A stretch of DNA of 24,000 nucleotides from Coleofasciculus sp. G1-WW12-02 (GCA_040219735.1 JAVJRX010000129.1); one strand, 5' to 3'; numbered from the stretch's first letter, positions 1 to 9,229 are shown. The notes: a model not told the origin generated them from the letters alone. A program made the numbers and translations.

Positions 1-208
1 GACGTTCATGAATGGCTAAAGGGGACATTATCGAGAGAATACCTTGGTAGTAGGCGATGCGGGTGTTACGTTGTTCGCCTAACTCCGCCAGAATTTGTTC
101 AAAGTCTTGCCAAGATATATCAGAAATCTGAATGGTGCTACCTGGAGTTAGTTTAATGGCGCGAATGGGAATAGTGACACTCAAGCTATTTTGCTCCAAT
201 CCATGCAA
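1..208 (-). CDS. Uma2-family (DUF820) putative endonuclease, N-terminal part only; the gene runs off the left window edge
   Basis: The minus-strand frame is open from an in-frame stop at 242-244 down to position 1. It translates to ...SVTIPIRAIKLTPGSTIQISDISWQDFEQILAELGEQRNTRIAYYQGILSIMSPLAIHER.., which resembles the N-terminal consensus of cyanobacterial Uma2/DUF820 proteins (W..ye.ll.elg...ri.Y..G.LeIMSP...He). There is no in-frame ATG, only TTG candidates at 208, 199 and 184, so the start is uncertain. It is absent from the ORF track because it is truncated. Confidence 0.5.
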   Translation of the reverse strand, partial: MHGLEQNSLSVTIPIRAIKLTPGSTIQISDISWQDFEQILAELGEQRNTRIAYYQGILSIMSPLAIHER

Positions 209-255
209 TTGATGATACCAAATCCACTGAAGCCACGGCGATTAAAATCGCTGCT

Positions 256-283
256 ACACAAACAAAGTCCGCCTGCGCGGACT
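256..283 (-). terminator. Putative intrinsic terminator downstream of leuA
   Basis: On the minus strand there is a GC-rich 7-bp stem (AGTCCGC / GCGGACT, 266-272 pairing with 276-282) with a 3-nt loop, followed by the U-rich run UUGUUUGUGU. A second 11-bp hairpin with one G-U pair lies at about 296-327, directly after the leuA stop. Confidence 0.45.
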
Positions 284-340
284 GGATTATAAATTAGATC
301 CCCGACGTCTTTAAGAAGTCAGGGATCTGGTAAGGATGGA

Positions 341-1978
341 TTAAACTGAGGCTACCGCTTTATCGGTCTCGCGATCGCTCTCGTCCTGATGTTGTCCCTG
401 TAACCAACCATAGAGTCGGTTCAGGGCATTCACATAAGCTTGGGCTGATGCCACAATAATATCGGTATTGGCAGCATGACCGGAAAAAACTCGACTGTTA
501 TAACGCAGGCGAATGGTAACTTCCCCTAGGGCGTCAATCCCGGCTGTTACTGACTGCACCGAATACTCAATCAGTTCATTGGGGACATTCACCACGCGGT
601 TAATCGCTTTATACACCGCATCCACTGGACCGGTACCAATCGCCGCATCCATCAGTTCCTCACCTTCGGGAGTGCGTAAGGTTACCGTAGCAGTCGGACT
701 GGCATGATCCCCACAGGATACCTGGACTAATTCTAGATGGAATAGTTCGGGAACTTGGCGGATTTCGTCGTTAACCAGCGCCTCTAAATCCCAATCGGAT
801 ACGTCTTTTTTCTTATCCGCCACTTCTTTAAAGCGGACAAAGGCTTTATTCAACTCTGTCTCAGACAGATCAAACCCTAATTCCTTGAGACGAGTGCGGA
901 AGGCGTTGCGCCCTGAATGCTTACCCAAGACAATCTGATTATCGGTTAAACCGATTAACTTGGCATCCATTATTTCGTAAGTCAGCTTATTTTTTAGGAC
1001 GCCATCTTGGTGAATACCCGATTCGTGAGCAAAAGCATTTGCGCCAACAATTGCCTTATTTGGTTGCACTAACATTCCCGTCAAATTAGATACTAACCGC
1101 GAGGTTTTGTAAATCTGGCGCGTGTCAATATTTGTTAAGGACTCCTCTGACTCAGGAGGACGTCCCAAATAGGGGTTGTAAAATTGCCGCCGGACGTGTA
1201 ATGCCATGACGAGTTCTTCTAGGGCCGCATTTCCTGCCCGTTCGCCAATACCATTAATCGTGCATTCTAACTGTCGCGCCCCATTTTTCACGGCTTCGAG
1301 GAAGTTGGCAACGGCTAATCCTAGGTCATTGTGACCGTGAACGGAGATAATGGCTTGGTCAATATTAGGGACGTTTTCTGTAATCCCGCGAATCAATGCG
1401 CCAAACTCACTCGGGGTGGTGTAGCCTACGGTATCGGGAATATTCACCGTTGTCGCCCCCGCCGCGATCGCACGTTCTAACACCTCGTACAAAAACTCTG
1501 GATCAGAACGCCCTGCATCTTCGGGGGAAAACTCCACATCCTCGACAAAGGATTTGGCATACGCCACCATTTCTTCTGCGATCGCGACAACCTCCGGTCT
1601 GGTCTTTTTCAGTTTATAGTTGAGATGAATATCGGATGTGGCAATAAATGTATGAATTCGGGCATTGGCGGCGGGTTTGAGGGCTTTCGCCGCCGCTTCG
1701 ATATCCTGACGGGTGGCTCTGGCTAACCCACAAATTGTCGGTCCCGACTCGATACCTACAGTTTTGGCTATCTTTTGCACGGCGTCGAAGTCACCCGCAC
1801 TGGCATAAGGGAACCCCGCTTCAATCACATCAACACCGAGTCGTGCTAGTTGCCGTGCGATCGTCAGTTTCTCCTCTACGTTTAAGGTGGCTCCGGGACA
1901 CTGTTCGCCATCACGAAGCGTAGTATCAAAAATAATAATTCGATTGGGTTGCTTGTTCATTCGATTCTCTCCGGTCAT
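341..1978 (-). CDS. leuA: 2-isopropylmalate synthase
   Basis: 545-aa ORF. It has the N-terminal TTLRDGEQ and [12 protein letters not shown] motifs of the HMGL-like TIM-barrel and a C-terminal LeuA dimerisation/regulatory region. The length is typical of cyanobacterial LeuA. Confidence 0.95.
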   Translation of the reverse strand: MTGENRMNKQPNRIIIFDTTLRDGEQCPGATLNVEEKLTIARQLARLGVDVIEAGFPYASAGDFDAVQKIAKTVGIESGPTICGLARATRQDIEAAAKALKPAANARIHTFIATSDIHLNYKLKKTRPEVVAIAEEMVAYAKSFVEDVEFSPEDAGRSDPEFLYEVLERAIAAGATTVNIPDTVGYTTPSEFGALIRGITENVPNIDQAIISVHGHNDLGLAVANFLEAVKNGARQLECTINGIGERAGNAALEELVMALHVRRQFYNPYLGRPPESEESLTNIDTRQIYKTSRLVSNLTGMLVQPNKAIVGANAFAHESGIHQDGVLKNKLTYEIMDAKLIGLTDNQIVLGKHSGRNAFRTRLKELGFDLSETELNKAFVRFKEVADKKKDVSDWDLEALVNDEIRQVPELFHLELVQVSCGDHASPTATVTLRTPEGEELMDAAIGTGPVDAVYKAINRVVNVPNELIEYSVQSVTAGIDALGEVTIRLRYNSRVFSGHAANTDIIVASAQAYVNALNRLYGWLQGQHQDESDRETDKAVASV

Positions 1979-2035
1979 AAAGTTGTCAATTTTTAATGGG
2001 TCAAAGGATAAGGGTTAGTTTGTATCTGTCTTTAA

Positions 2036-2554
2036 TTAAGAATCTACTTTCTCGATCTGATCACGAATTTCATTTAAATCAATATACCGATCCGTAGCAT
2101 TTCTTAATTCTCTGGCAATCATCCCTTCAGTCGATACGACTGTAATATGAGTATTCTTTGATCGCAGCAATTCGATCGCCCGTTCAAAATCACCATCTCC
2201 ACTAAAGAGAATAACTCGATCATACTGTTCTACCGTATTAAACATATCAACAACAATTTCTATATCAAGATTGGCTTTTTGGGAATAACGACCTGAACTA
2301 TCATCATAATACTCTTTTAAAATTTTAGTTCTGACTGTGTAACCCAGACTAATCAGGGCATCTCTAAACCCTCGCTGATCTTGAGGATCTTTTAATCCGG
2401 TGTACCAAAATGCATTAACCAGAACAATATGAGGTTCTTTTTTAAAATGTTCTAAGACCCGCTTCGGATCAAAGAACCAGCCATTTTTTTGTTGAGCATA
2501 GAACATATTGTTCCCATCAACAAAAATAGAAATACGGTTCATAGAGCAAGGCAT
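2036..2554 (-). CDS. NYN-domain (LabA-like/DUF88) protein, PIN-related putative RNase
   Basis: 172-aa ORF with ISIFVDGNNMFY near the N-terminus and an ILFSGDGDF acidic motif, both typical of NYN/LabA-like proteins. The start could instead be the internal Met at 2542 (MNRISIF...). Confidence 0.8.
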   Translation of the reverse strand: MPCSMNRISIFVDGNNMFYAQQKNGWFFDPKRVLEHFKKEPHIVLVNAFWYTGLKDPQDQRGFRDALISLGYTVRTKILKEYYDDSSGRYSQKANLDIEIVVDMFNTVEQYDRVILFSGDGDFERAIELLRSKNTHITVVSTEGMIARELRNATDRYIDLNEIRDQIEKVDS

Positions 2555-3169
2555 ATAAACTCAGACCTAATATTTTTGGGAAATTTAAGTGAACTTCTTA
2601 TTTTAGCAATTTTAATCTAAATATTGACTGATAGTTAGTCTGTCGGCGTAATTCCTAAGCTTTTTAGCGCTATCTAAATTTTCTTACTCTCTCACCTCCA
2701 AGTTCAATCTCTTAGTAAAGAAACTCATGTCGCTAGATCTCTGTTTGCTTTCTTAAACCTTAGCGACTCTATAGGACGTAGACAGGGAGCTATCTTCAAG
2801 CTATCCTCAGGCTTGAGGATAACACCAGCCCATTCGCTGTAGATGTACTTTATCGAATTCGGCGATTCATCCCCAACTATACCCGATCAGAGTTAGTTGG
2901 GGATGAACCGCCAGTAACAGCAAACTTGCTTGAATTTAACTTAACAAGTGTGATACCATTACGTGATTTTCCATAAACATACTGATATAAGCACAATTCT
3001 ACCGTGGGGTACAAGGAAAGTCACGCCTAGACGAGAGATGGAACTCTATCTTGGTGGTTGTAAAGACTTAGCCTGCTACGTCTGGAAGTGAGGAGCATAC
3101 CAAGTTGCCTTCTAACATGTCATTGGAAAGCGTTGACCCAACCTACCCCGTTGGCTGTTCAAGGAAGCT

Positions 3170-4006
3170 TCACCCAGAGGTTTCTCTTAAGTAGGAACAC
3201 CAGTCGCTCCAACTTCCAGCATAAAGCTTACCCCTTGCCATTCCGGCTAATTCCAAGGATAAGAGATTCACGCAGGCGGTGACTCCAGACCCACAATAGA
3301 CAATGATCTCCGGTTTATCTTGGACATCATTCCATCGTTGTTTTTGCTGATCGGGGGAGTGTAGATAGCCTTGAGCATTAGTTACCTCTTGCCAAGGGTA
3401 ATTAATTGCACCAGGGATATGACCTGCAATTGGGTCAATGGGTTCATGCTCTCCTAAATAGCGATCGCGTGCCCGTGAATCGACTAAAGCGACGTCTGGT
3501 AAATCTTTCCTGGCTTTGACCGCATTGATATCAACCACCCACTCGGATCGCACTTGCGGCACAAACTGCCCAGGTTGAGGGGTTGGTAGAGCATCAGTTA
3601 CCGGATAACCTTGGGATTGCCATGCTCCCCAGCCACCATCCAATACCGCGACGCGATCGTGTCCCAGGTAACGCAGTAACCACCACAGACGCGCCGCAAA
3701 AGCACAACGGGAATCATCATAAGCCACGACTAAGGTTTCACCGAATCTGACTCCTATCGCGGCGAGTTTTTGGGCAATCTGGTTGGACTCAGGTAAGGGA
3801 TGACGCCCTCCATGACGTTCTACGGGAGCAGAAAGATCTTGGTTCAAATCCAAGTAATGCGCTCCCGGAATGTGACTCGTCTGATACTGTTGATATCCCT
3901 GTTGCGGATCGGCAAGGGCAAAACGACAATCGATGATCACCACTTGCGGATCATTAAGGTGTTCTTTTAGGAATTGGCTGGAAATAATCAAAGGATGATC
4001 ACTCAT
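3170..4006 (-). CDS. Tandem-rhodanese sulfurtransferase (3-mercaptopyruvate/thiosulfate sulfurtransferase type)
   Basis: 278-aa ORF with two rhodanese modules. The C-terminal active-site loop YCGSGVTAC matches the CG[ST]GVT signature of the MST/SseA class. Its start lies only 13 nt downstream of the stop of the preceding TpsB gene. Confidence 0.85.
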   Translation of the reverse strand: MSDHPLIISSQFLKEHLNDPQVVIIDCRFALADPQQGYQQYQTSHIPGAHYLDLNQDLSAPVERHGGRHPLPESNQIAQKLAAIGVRFGETLVVAYDDSRCAFAARLWWLLRYLGHDRVAVLDGGWGAWQSQGYPVTDALPTPQPGQFVPQVRSEWVVDINAVKARKDLPDVALVDSRARDRYLGEHEPIDPIAGHIPGAINYPWQEVTNAQGYLHSPDQQKQRWNDVQDKPEIIVYCGSGVTACVNLLSLELAGMARGKLYAGSWSDWCSYLRETSG

Positions 4007-4019
4007 TCGATGACATCAG

Positions 4020-6152
4020 TTAAAATGGGTTAATCGTTATCGAAAAATATACGCCATTTTCTTGCCAGGTATTATCCTCGGACTCAACAGAAATTAAGGG
4101 AATCCCCCAGTCTAAGCGAGCGGTGATGCGATCGCCTTGTTGCCATTGTAGTCCCAACCCCAGAGCCGCCAAACTGCTCGGGTTAGGAGCGTCTATCTCG
4201 CCGTTATTCCAGGTTGTGCCAACATCCACAAAGGGAGTCACCTGTAAAACACCATCCCACTCAGGAATGCGTAAAATGGGCAGCCGCACCTCGGCTGAAG
4301 CAAAGGCGCCATTATCAGTGAGTCGAATATCTTGGCGATAGCCGCGTACACTCCCTTGACCCCCTAAACCATACTGCTCCACAGGTAACAAGTCTTGAGC
4401 GGCTAGTTGAATGTCACCGCGAAGCACCAGTAATGTATCTGGGGCTAAAAGTCTTACCCACTGGGTTTGACCCCGCCAGGAAAAGAAGTGACTATCAGGC
4501 GCATCATCGTTGACTGTGGCATTAAAGACACCCAGACCTACATTAAACTGAGAGCGTAGGGCAAAGACTTCCCTCGCCCCTCGTTTAGTCCACTCTTGAA
4601 AGAATCGCAGGGCTGAAACTCGGATGCGCCCATCCTCATCAGCACCCAATGAAGGAAAACCAACTTCTTCTCCTATTAAGTCTTCTAAGAAAACGGTTTT
4701 TGTATTGCGTCGAGAGGCGGTTAAACCCACTGCGAATTCCTGGGTTGGTGTTTCCAGGAGGGGTTGACGAAATGTGAGGTCAAAACTGGTTGAGTCGGAT
4801 TGGATATCAAGAAAGTTAAATGGATCTTCAATAATCTCGCTGGAGGTGTTGCTAAAGCTAAAGCTAACCGTGCCATTACGCGGATTCACGGGTAGGGCGT
4901 AGTTAAATTCAATCTCATCGCTACCATCGGTATTGGTATAGCTGAGGGTTACGCCATCGCCGAATCCGAGTAAGTTGGCTTGAGTTATGGAAGCCCCGCG
5001 CCGGAAGCTACCCACACTGGGGGAACGCCCATTGTTGGCAACGAGTTGGTAACTCCAGGTGTTGGCTTCGATAATATCGACGATGAGTAAACTGGTACCG
5101 GGTCCAGAACCGGTCGAGAGTTCAGCCGAGATATTTTCGATGAGGGGATCGAGCTGCAAAAGACGTAGGGATTCGAGTAAATGCGGTACATTGAGGGGTT
5201 TGGGATTAGCGACAGCAATACGCGATCGCACGTAGTTGGGACGCAGGCGGCGAAGTCCATTCACCTGAATCTCTTCGATTCCGCCTTCGACAATTTCAAT
5301 AGTGACGGTATCCTGGTTTAGGGATTGAGGTGGAATGAAGGCACCGGATGTAGCATAGCCGTTGTTTACGTATAACTGGGTGATGGCAGTTCTGGCATTT
5401 AAGAGTTCAGCAAAGGTAATCGGGCGATTAGTAAACTCAGCTATCTCTTCGGCTAACTGTTCATCACTAAATGCTGTATTGCCGATAAATTCAAAATTTT
5501 TCACCGTAATTTGGTCTTGAGTGACACCCTCTGGCGTCTCCGGCGTTGTCGGTGTTAATTGAGGGGATTCTAGAAGCTGTTCTGGGGGGGGTAATGTAGG
5601 AGACGGTGTGGCTTCTGGCAGCCTAGAGGGAGGCGGTGGCTCAATGTCTTGAGGCGGAGGCAGTTCAGGAATTGAGGGACTCTCTCGAGGAGTCGTGCGA
5701 TCAGGAATTTGAGTGACGTAGAGGGGCAAGTGTTGAGTGTTGAGTGTTGAGATATGCCATGGCGCGTCTTTCGGGGCGGGTTTCATGAGTCTCGTTTCTT
5801 CCTTTACCCCGATGTGACTAAACCCGCCCCGACTGAGTTTTGAATGGGTGATCTCATGTCCGTCTAAACGGTTACCATTGTCTTCTACCTTCCCTTGTAC
5901 CCTGTGCCCTGTGCCCTCTGCCTTCGTGGAGCCTTCTGTCTTTTCTTCCTCAATTGTTCTCGATAAATAGTTTAGGTGTTCAGGGTGAGGTAAGACTGGA
6001 GACAAGGACGTCTTGATTGAGGCTTTAGCGTTTGTGGAGATAGGCAGATTTTGAGCGTTTACCGAGGGAGTTAGCCATAACACCGCTGACAATGTTGCTA
6101 TAGAGGTGAATAGAATTTGCCCGTTGGACTCTACACCAATCATATTGTTCAT
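4020..6152 (-). CDS. ShlB/FhaC/HecB-family (TpsB) outer-membrane hemolysin-activation/secretion protein with POTRA domain
   Basis: 710-aa ORF. It has a signal-peptide-like N-terminus (..LSAVLWLTPSVNA/Q), a Pro-rich linker and a POTRA_2-like segment (ITVKNFEFIGNTAFSDEQL...IEIVEGGIEEIQV). A long beta-barrel region follows and ends in a terminal aromatic residue (..ITINPF). Confidence 0.85.
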   Translation of the reverse strand: MNNMIGVESNGQILFTSIATLSAVLWLTPSVNAQNLPISTNAKASIKTSLSPVLPHPEHLNYLSRTIEEEKTEGSTKAEGTGHRVQGKVEDNGNRLDGHEITHSKLSRGGFSHIGVKEETRLMKPAPKDAPWHISTLNTQHLPLYVTQIPDRTTPRESPSIPELPPPQDIEPPPPSRLPEATPSPTLPPPEQLLESPQLTPTTPETPEGVTQDQITVKNFEFIGNTAFSDEQLAEEIAEFTNRPITFAELLNARTAITQLYVNNGYATSGAFIPPQSLNQDTVTIEIVEGGIEEIQVNGLRRLRPNYVRSRIAVANPKPLNVPHLLESLRLLQLDPLIENISAELSTGSGPGTSLLIVDIIEANTWSYQLVANNGRSPSVGSFRRGASITQANLLGFGDGVTLSYTNTDGSDEIEFNYALPVNPRNGTVSFSFSNTSSEIIEDPFNFLDIQSDSTSFDLTFRQPLLETPTQEFAVGLTASRRNTKTVFLEDLIGEEVGFPSLGADEDGRIRVSALRFFQEWTKRGAREVFALRSQFNVGLGVFNATVNDDAPDSHFFSWRGQTQWVRLLAPDTLLVLRGDIQLAAQDLLPVEQYGLGGQGSVRGYRQDIRLTDNGAFASAEVRLPILRIPEWDGVLQVTPFVDVGTTWNNGEIDAPNPSSLAALGLGLQWQQGDRITARLDWGIPLISVESEDNTWQENGVYFSITINPF
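5773..5830. repeat. 58-bp MITE-like inverted-repeat element (GGGGCGGGTTT...AAACCCGCCCC) lying inside the TpsB coding sequence
   Basis: The 11-nt termini are perfect reverse complements. Related copies lie at 10514-10570 and 18762-18819, sharing an internal ..cc(c/a)gatg(t/g)(g/a)actAAACCCGCCC(C).. arm. This copy is flanked by a gccatggc-centred palindrome (about 5749-5770) and a (GTGTTGA)x3 heptamer run (5729-5751). Confidence 0.8.
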
Positions 6153-6367
6153 TTATCAAAAATAAAGAGGCTGATTATCGAGGAAGTTGGTAAAGCAATC
6201 ATTGAAAGATAATCATCGGTTTGACAAAATCCTAGTATGGCATGGCAAGAATTATAAACCTATTCTCATTCATCCTGTGATTCCTGCGGTAAACCCCTGG
6301 AATAGTGGGATTTGGGCGTAGCAGGACTGTTTCTTTTTAGCGATGTTACTCTTACTAAGCTGTTCGG

Positions 6368-6447
6368 CATTTAAACCTTAATGTCAACAACTGCTCTCAT
6401 CGTTGTAATGCGAGCATCTTGCTCGCTACCCATTCCCAATTTAAATG
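6368..6447. repeat. ~80-bp MITE-like element with CATTTAAA/TTTAAATG termini and a central GCGAGCATCTTGCTCGC hairpin
   Basis: A homologous copy in the opposite orientation lies at 16529-16611. It shares the tagcgagcaagatgctcgca core and the catttaa termini. Confidence 0.7.
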
Positions 6448-6796
6448 CGGGATAGCTTACTGGCTAATGAACTACCCCACCTTGTAGAAAGAAAAAGCTA
6501 ACAAGAATTAGTCAACAATACTTGAAAATAAAAGTAGAGGGTGTTAATCCCCTGACTTCCTAACCCTTCCCACCCTGTAGACGGGTGAGAATTGGAGCGA
6601 GTTCAGTTAAACCCCTGATCTGATGAAGCTTTTAATTAGACCTGTTCAAATGTCGGCAAATCTTTGAAGTTTCCTTTGATTTTCTTTTCTGATTTCGGAA
6701 TAACTTCAGTGAGATATTTGACTAAGATTCTTGAATCAAATATAAATAATAGTTTCATTTTATAATAGCGTATTTGGGTTAGAGTGTCAAAACGTT

Positions 6797-7711
6797 TTAA
6801 ACTGAACAAACTGGTACAATCATACCCTCACGAGCTAATACATCATTGGGAAAGACAGATTTTAGTTGGGATTCCATCCAGTCAAGAAAGTCATCATCAT
6901 GGTCAGGATGGTAGTGAGACATAACAACCCGCTTAACTCCTGCTGCCTTAGCTGTTGCCATACCGGTTTGCCAGAGTTGGTCTTGCCAGTCTAGCGGCGA
7001 AGGCTTGAGAAAATCATCTGCACGAATATTACACGGGGCATCCAAAATGAGCAAGTCAGCATGGCGGGCTAAGTGTAACAAATTGTGATCCAATCGATCC
7101 GGCGATTGGGAATGAGCGATCGCGTAGACGGCAGAATGACCTTTCCAGGTGACACGGTAGCCCATTGAACTGGATGCCGGGTTAAGTAAAACCGCTTCAA
7201 CGACTAGATCATCCACGGTAATTTTATGACTCGAACCCAATTCGTAAAATTTTAGCTCCGATTGCATGACCTGAAGTGGAACGGGAAAATTAGGCGCTAA
7301 CATTTGCCCACCTAGGCGCTTTTCGATTGAGTCTCCATTAGTCGCCTTTGCGCCATAGATGTGGAAACAATTGCCGGGAATAAAGGCAGGTGTAAAAAAG
7401 GGAAATCCCTGAATACTGTCCCAGTGGCAATGAGTGAAGAAGATGTAGGCTTCTAGGGGCATTTGGCGGAGTAAATGGTTGCCGAGAAGCCGCAAACCAC
7501 TCCCCCCATCAAAAATCAGGCGTTTAGAGCCGACACGCATTTCTATACAGGAGGTATTGCCACCATAGCGTACCGTTTCTTTCCCTGGAGCCGAAACTTT
7601 ACCTCGAACGCCCCAAAATTGGACAACAAAATTGACGGTAGGGCCAGTTACCATGTTGGCTATAGCATTAAATGTGCGGGGGCTGGGTGACGCTGGATCA
7701 GAATCTGCCAT
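6797..7711 (-). CDS. MBL-fold metallo-hydrolase (Lactamase_B_2-like)
   Basis: 304-aa ORF with the FFTHCHWDSIQGFPFF motif-2 region, GGNTSC..DGGSG upstream and a C-terminal MSHYHPDHDD. Together these give the metallo-beta-lactamase fold pattern. Confidence 0.8.
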   Translation of the reverse strand: MADSDPASPSPRTFNAIANMVTGPTVNFVVQFWGVRGKVSAPGKETVRYGGNTSCIEMRVGSKRLIFDGGSGLRLLGNHLLRQMPLEAYIFFTHCHWDSIQGFPFFTPAFIPGNCFHIYGAKATNGDSIEKRLGGQMLAPNFPVPLQVMQSELKFYELGSSHKITVDDLVVEAVLLNPASSSMGYRVTWKGHSAVYAIAHSQSPDRLDHNLLHLARHADLLILDAPCNIRADDFLKPSPLDWQDQLWQTGMATAKAAGVKRVVMSHYHPDHDDDFLDWMESQLKSVFPNDVLAREGMIVPVCSV

Positions 7712-8158
7712 CGTTCGATTAAATGAGCTGCCCTTAGCCGAGCTTCACACCCAGCAATTTCCACTATATGATACTCAGATAGGGACACTTTGGGTGAGGT
7801 AGTCGCTAAGGCTTTTGCGTCCACGGAGGCAATAACGGTATTTTTAGAGAAAATAACCTAGGGAAAACTTGTACAAAAGCTATGAATTTCCGCCTTTCCC
7901 CTAGGTTGAATTTTCTAGCACCCTTATTTTGATCAGGAAGTTTCTCTCAAGTCTGTTAATTTTAGCGTGCTTGGTGGAGTTGCCTTGTGAGTTCTGTCAC
8001 AAAAAGCAGCGGTAAGCTGAGGGACTTGCGGCGATGGGATAGGAGGGATAGAACTTGGTTCATAATTCCTCCTTGATTGTTTAGGGTTTTGAACCATGAA
8101 CCCTTAATGGTGAATCCCACCGCTTTCCAGGGTGGGAGTACCTCAACTATCGGCTTGA

Positions 8159-8680
8159 CTATCTACCAGACTTGTTACCGGCGGCGATACACTTCTCCAC
8201 CAGTGGCATAACGTCCTTGATATCCTTCCAGCCTAGAATTTCCGTGACTTTTTTTTCTAGATTTTTGTAAGTCTTGAAAAATTCAGCAATTTCATCCAAC
8301 CGATGCTCAGCAACATCTTTGAGCGATTTCACTTTAGCATAGCGTGGATCTTTGTCAGGAACACAGAGGATTTTTTCGTCGCGATCGCCAGAGTCAATCA
8401 TCTCTAGCATACCAATGGGTCGGGCGGTAATGACACAACCGGGAAAGGTTGGCTGATCCATGATCACCATACCATCGAGTGGATCGCCGTCATCGGCTAA
8501 GGTGTTCGGGATAAAGCCGTAATCATAAGGGTATTGCACCGAGGAATATAAAACCCGATCAAGGGCGAAGGCTTGTAGATCTTTGTCGTACTCGTACTTG
8601 TTTTTACTCCCGGCGGGAATTTCAATTAAAACGTTGATCAGTCCCGGTTTGGGTTGACTTGGAATCCGTGATAAATCCAT
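8159..8680 (-). CDS. ppa: Inorganic pyrophosphatase, family I
   Basis: 173-aa ORF with the typical soluble PPase sequence (..[40 protein letters not shown]..). Confidence 0.95.
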   Translation of the reverse strand: MDLSRIPSQPKPGLINVLIEIPAGSKNKYEYDKDLQAFALDRVLYSSVQYPYDYGFIPNTLADDGDPLDGMVIMDQPTFPGCVITARPIGMLEMIDSGDRDEKILCVPDKDPRYAKVKSLKDVAEHRLDEIAEFFKTYKNLEKKVTEILGWKDIKDVMPLVEKCIAAGNKSGR

Positions 8681-8938
8681 GACAAAATTGTGTAAGCGAC
8701 ACAGCAGATGGGGGAAACCTAGCTATCCAAGGCTAAGTTACAAGGTTCAATCGTCCCGTATCGACGGTTGAAAAACCCCCGTGTAGCATTCTAAGCGAAG
8801 AGGGTCAATCTCCGCCTTAGCTTAAGGATTTTTATCTCCCAGACAAGTAGGAAAAGGCAACAGTAACAGTATTGCAACAGACAGAGTTATATTAAGTCCG
8901 GTAGCATCAGATTTATAGTATCCGAACCAATAAGAGTC

Positions 8939-9229
8939 ATGTCTGAACAGTTTACCCAACAAGTGAGCGATCGCATCTGTAAGCACATGAATGATGATCA
9001 TGCTGAGGCGATCGCGCTTTATGCCCGCACCTTCGGGAATTCTCCCGATACGGAGGCGGCTCAAATGCAATCCATTGATGCGACAGGGATGAATTTAATC
9101 GCCCAACGTCAGGGTGAGTCGGTTCCCTTACGCATTGAATTTGATCACACCCTCAAAGACTCTGAAGACGCTCACCACACGTTAATTGACATGGTGAAGC
9201 AAGCCAGAGGTGCGGCTAAATCAACCTAG
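8939..9229 (+). CDS. DUF2470-domain protein (HugZ C-terminal-like small protein)
   Basis: 96-aa ORF. The ..ICKHMNDDHAEAIALYARTFG.. motif is characteristic of DUF2470. Its 3' end overlaps the convergent DUF554 gene by 14 nt. Confidence 0.65.
   Translation: MSEQFTQQVSDRICKHMNDDHAEAIALYARTFGNSPDTEAAQMQSIDATGMNLIAQRQGESVPLRIEFDHTLKDSEDAHHTLIDMVKQARGAAKST

Noticed and set aside
513-1923. Short plus-strand ORFs (513-707, 1396-1623, 1735-1923) inside leuA, and similar nested or antisense ORFs elsewhere (4123-4341, 4985-5260, 7475-7690, 9386-9604, 9790-10002, 11102-11386, 11160-11372, 12423-12656, 14058-14252, 16999-17256, 18171-18784, 19044-19232, 20081-20467, 20687-20869, 21353-21555, 22736-23017)
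   Set aside because: All lie within or antisense to longer ORFs with clear homology. Their translations are low-complexity and Arg/Ser/Pro-rich, as is typical of off-frame reads.
3014-3022. AGGAAAGTC, reminiscent of the RNase P RNA GAGGAAAGUCC core, within the 615-bp spacer
   Set aside because: The surrounding sequence lacks the other universally conserved RNase P RNA blocks (for example ACAGAA..CCGGCUUA) and the P4 pairing partner. It is a chance 9-mer match.
6636-6758. 40-codon minus-strand ORF (MKLLFIFDSRILVKYLTEVIPKSEKKIKGNFKDLPTFEQV*) in an AT-rich patch downstream of the MBL gene
   Set aside because: It has no convincing RBS and no recognisable family, and it is short. It could be a gene fragment, but the sequence alone does not support calling it.
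7962-8063. 33-codon minus-strand ORF (MNQVLSLLSHRRKSLSLPLLFVTELTRQLHQAR*) preceded by AAGGAGG
   Set aside because: The SD-like motif is only 4 nt from the ATG, the peptide has no recognisable features, and SD motifs are weak predictors in cyanobacteria. I kept it as a note only; ribosome profiling could revisit it.
8115-8137. Hairpin TCCCACC-gctttccag-GGTGGGA just downstream of the ppa stop, a possible terminator
   Set aside because: The stem is plausible, but on the transcribed (minus) strand it is followed by UUCACCAUU, which is not a U-tract. That is not enough to call an intrinsic terminator.
8822-9070. 82-aa minus-strand ORF overlapping the start of the DUF2470 gene
   Set aside because: It overlaps a better-supported plus-strand gene with a recognisable DUF2470 motif. 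It has no motif of its own, and part of it lies in the divergent promoter region.
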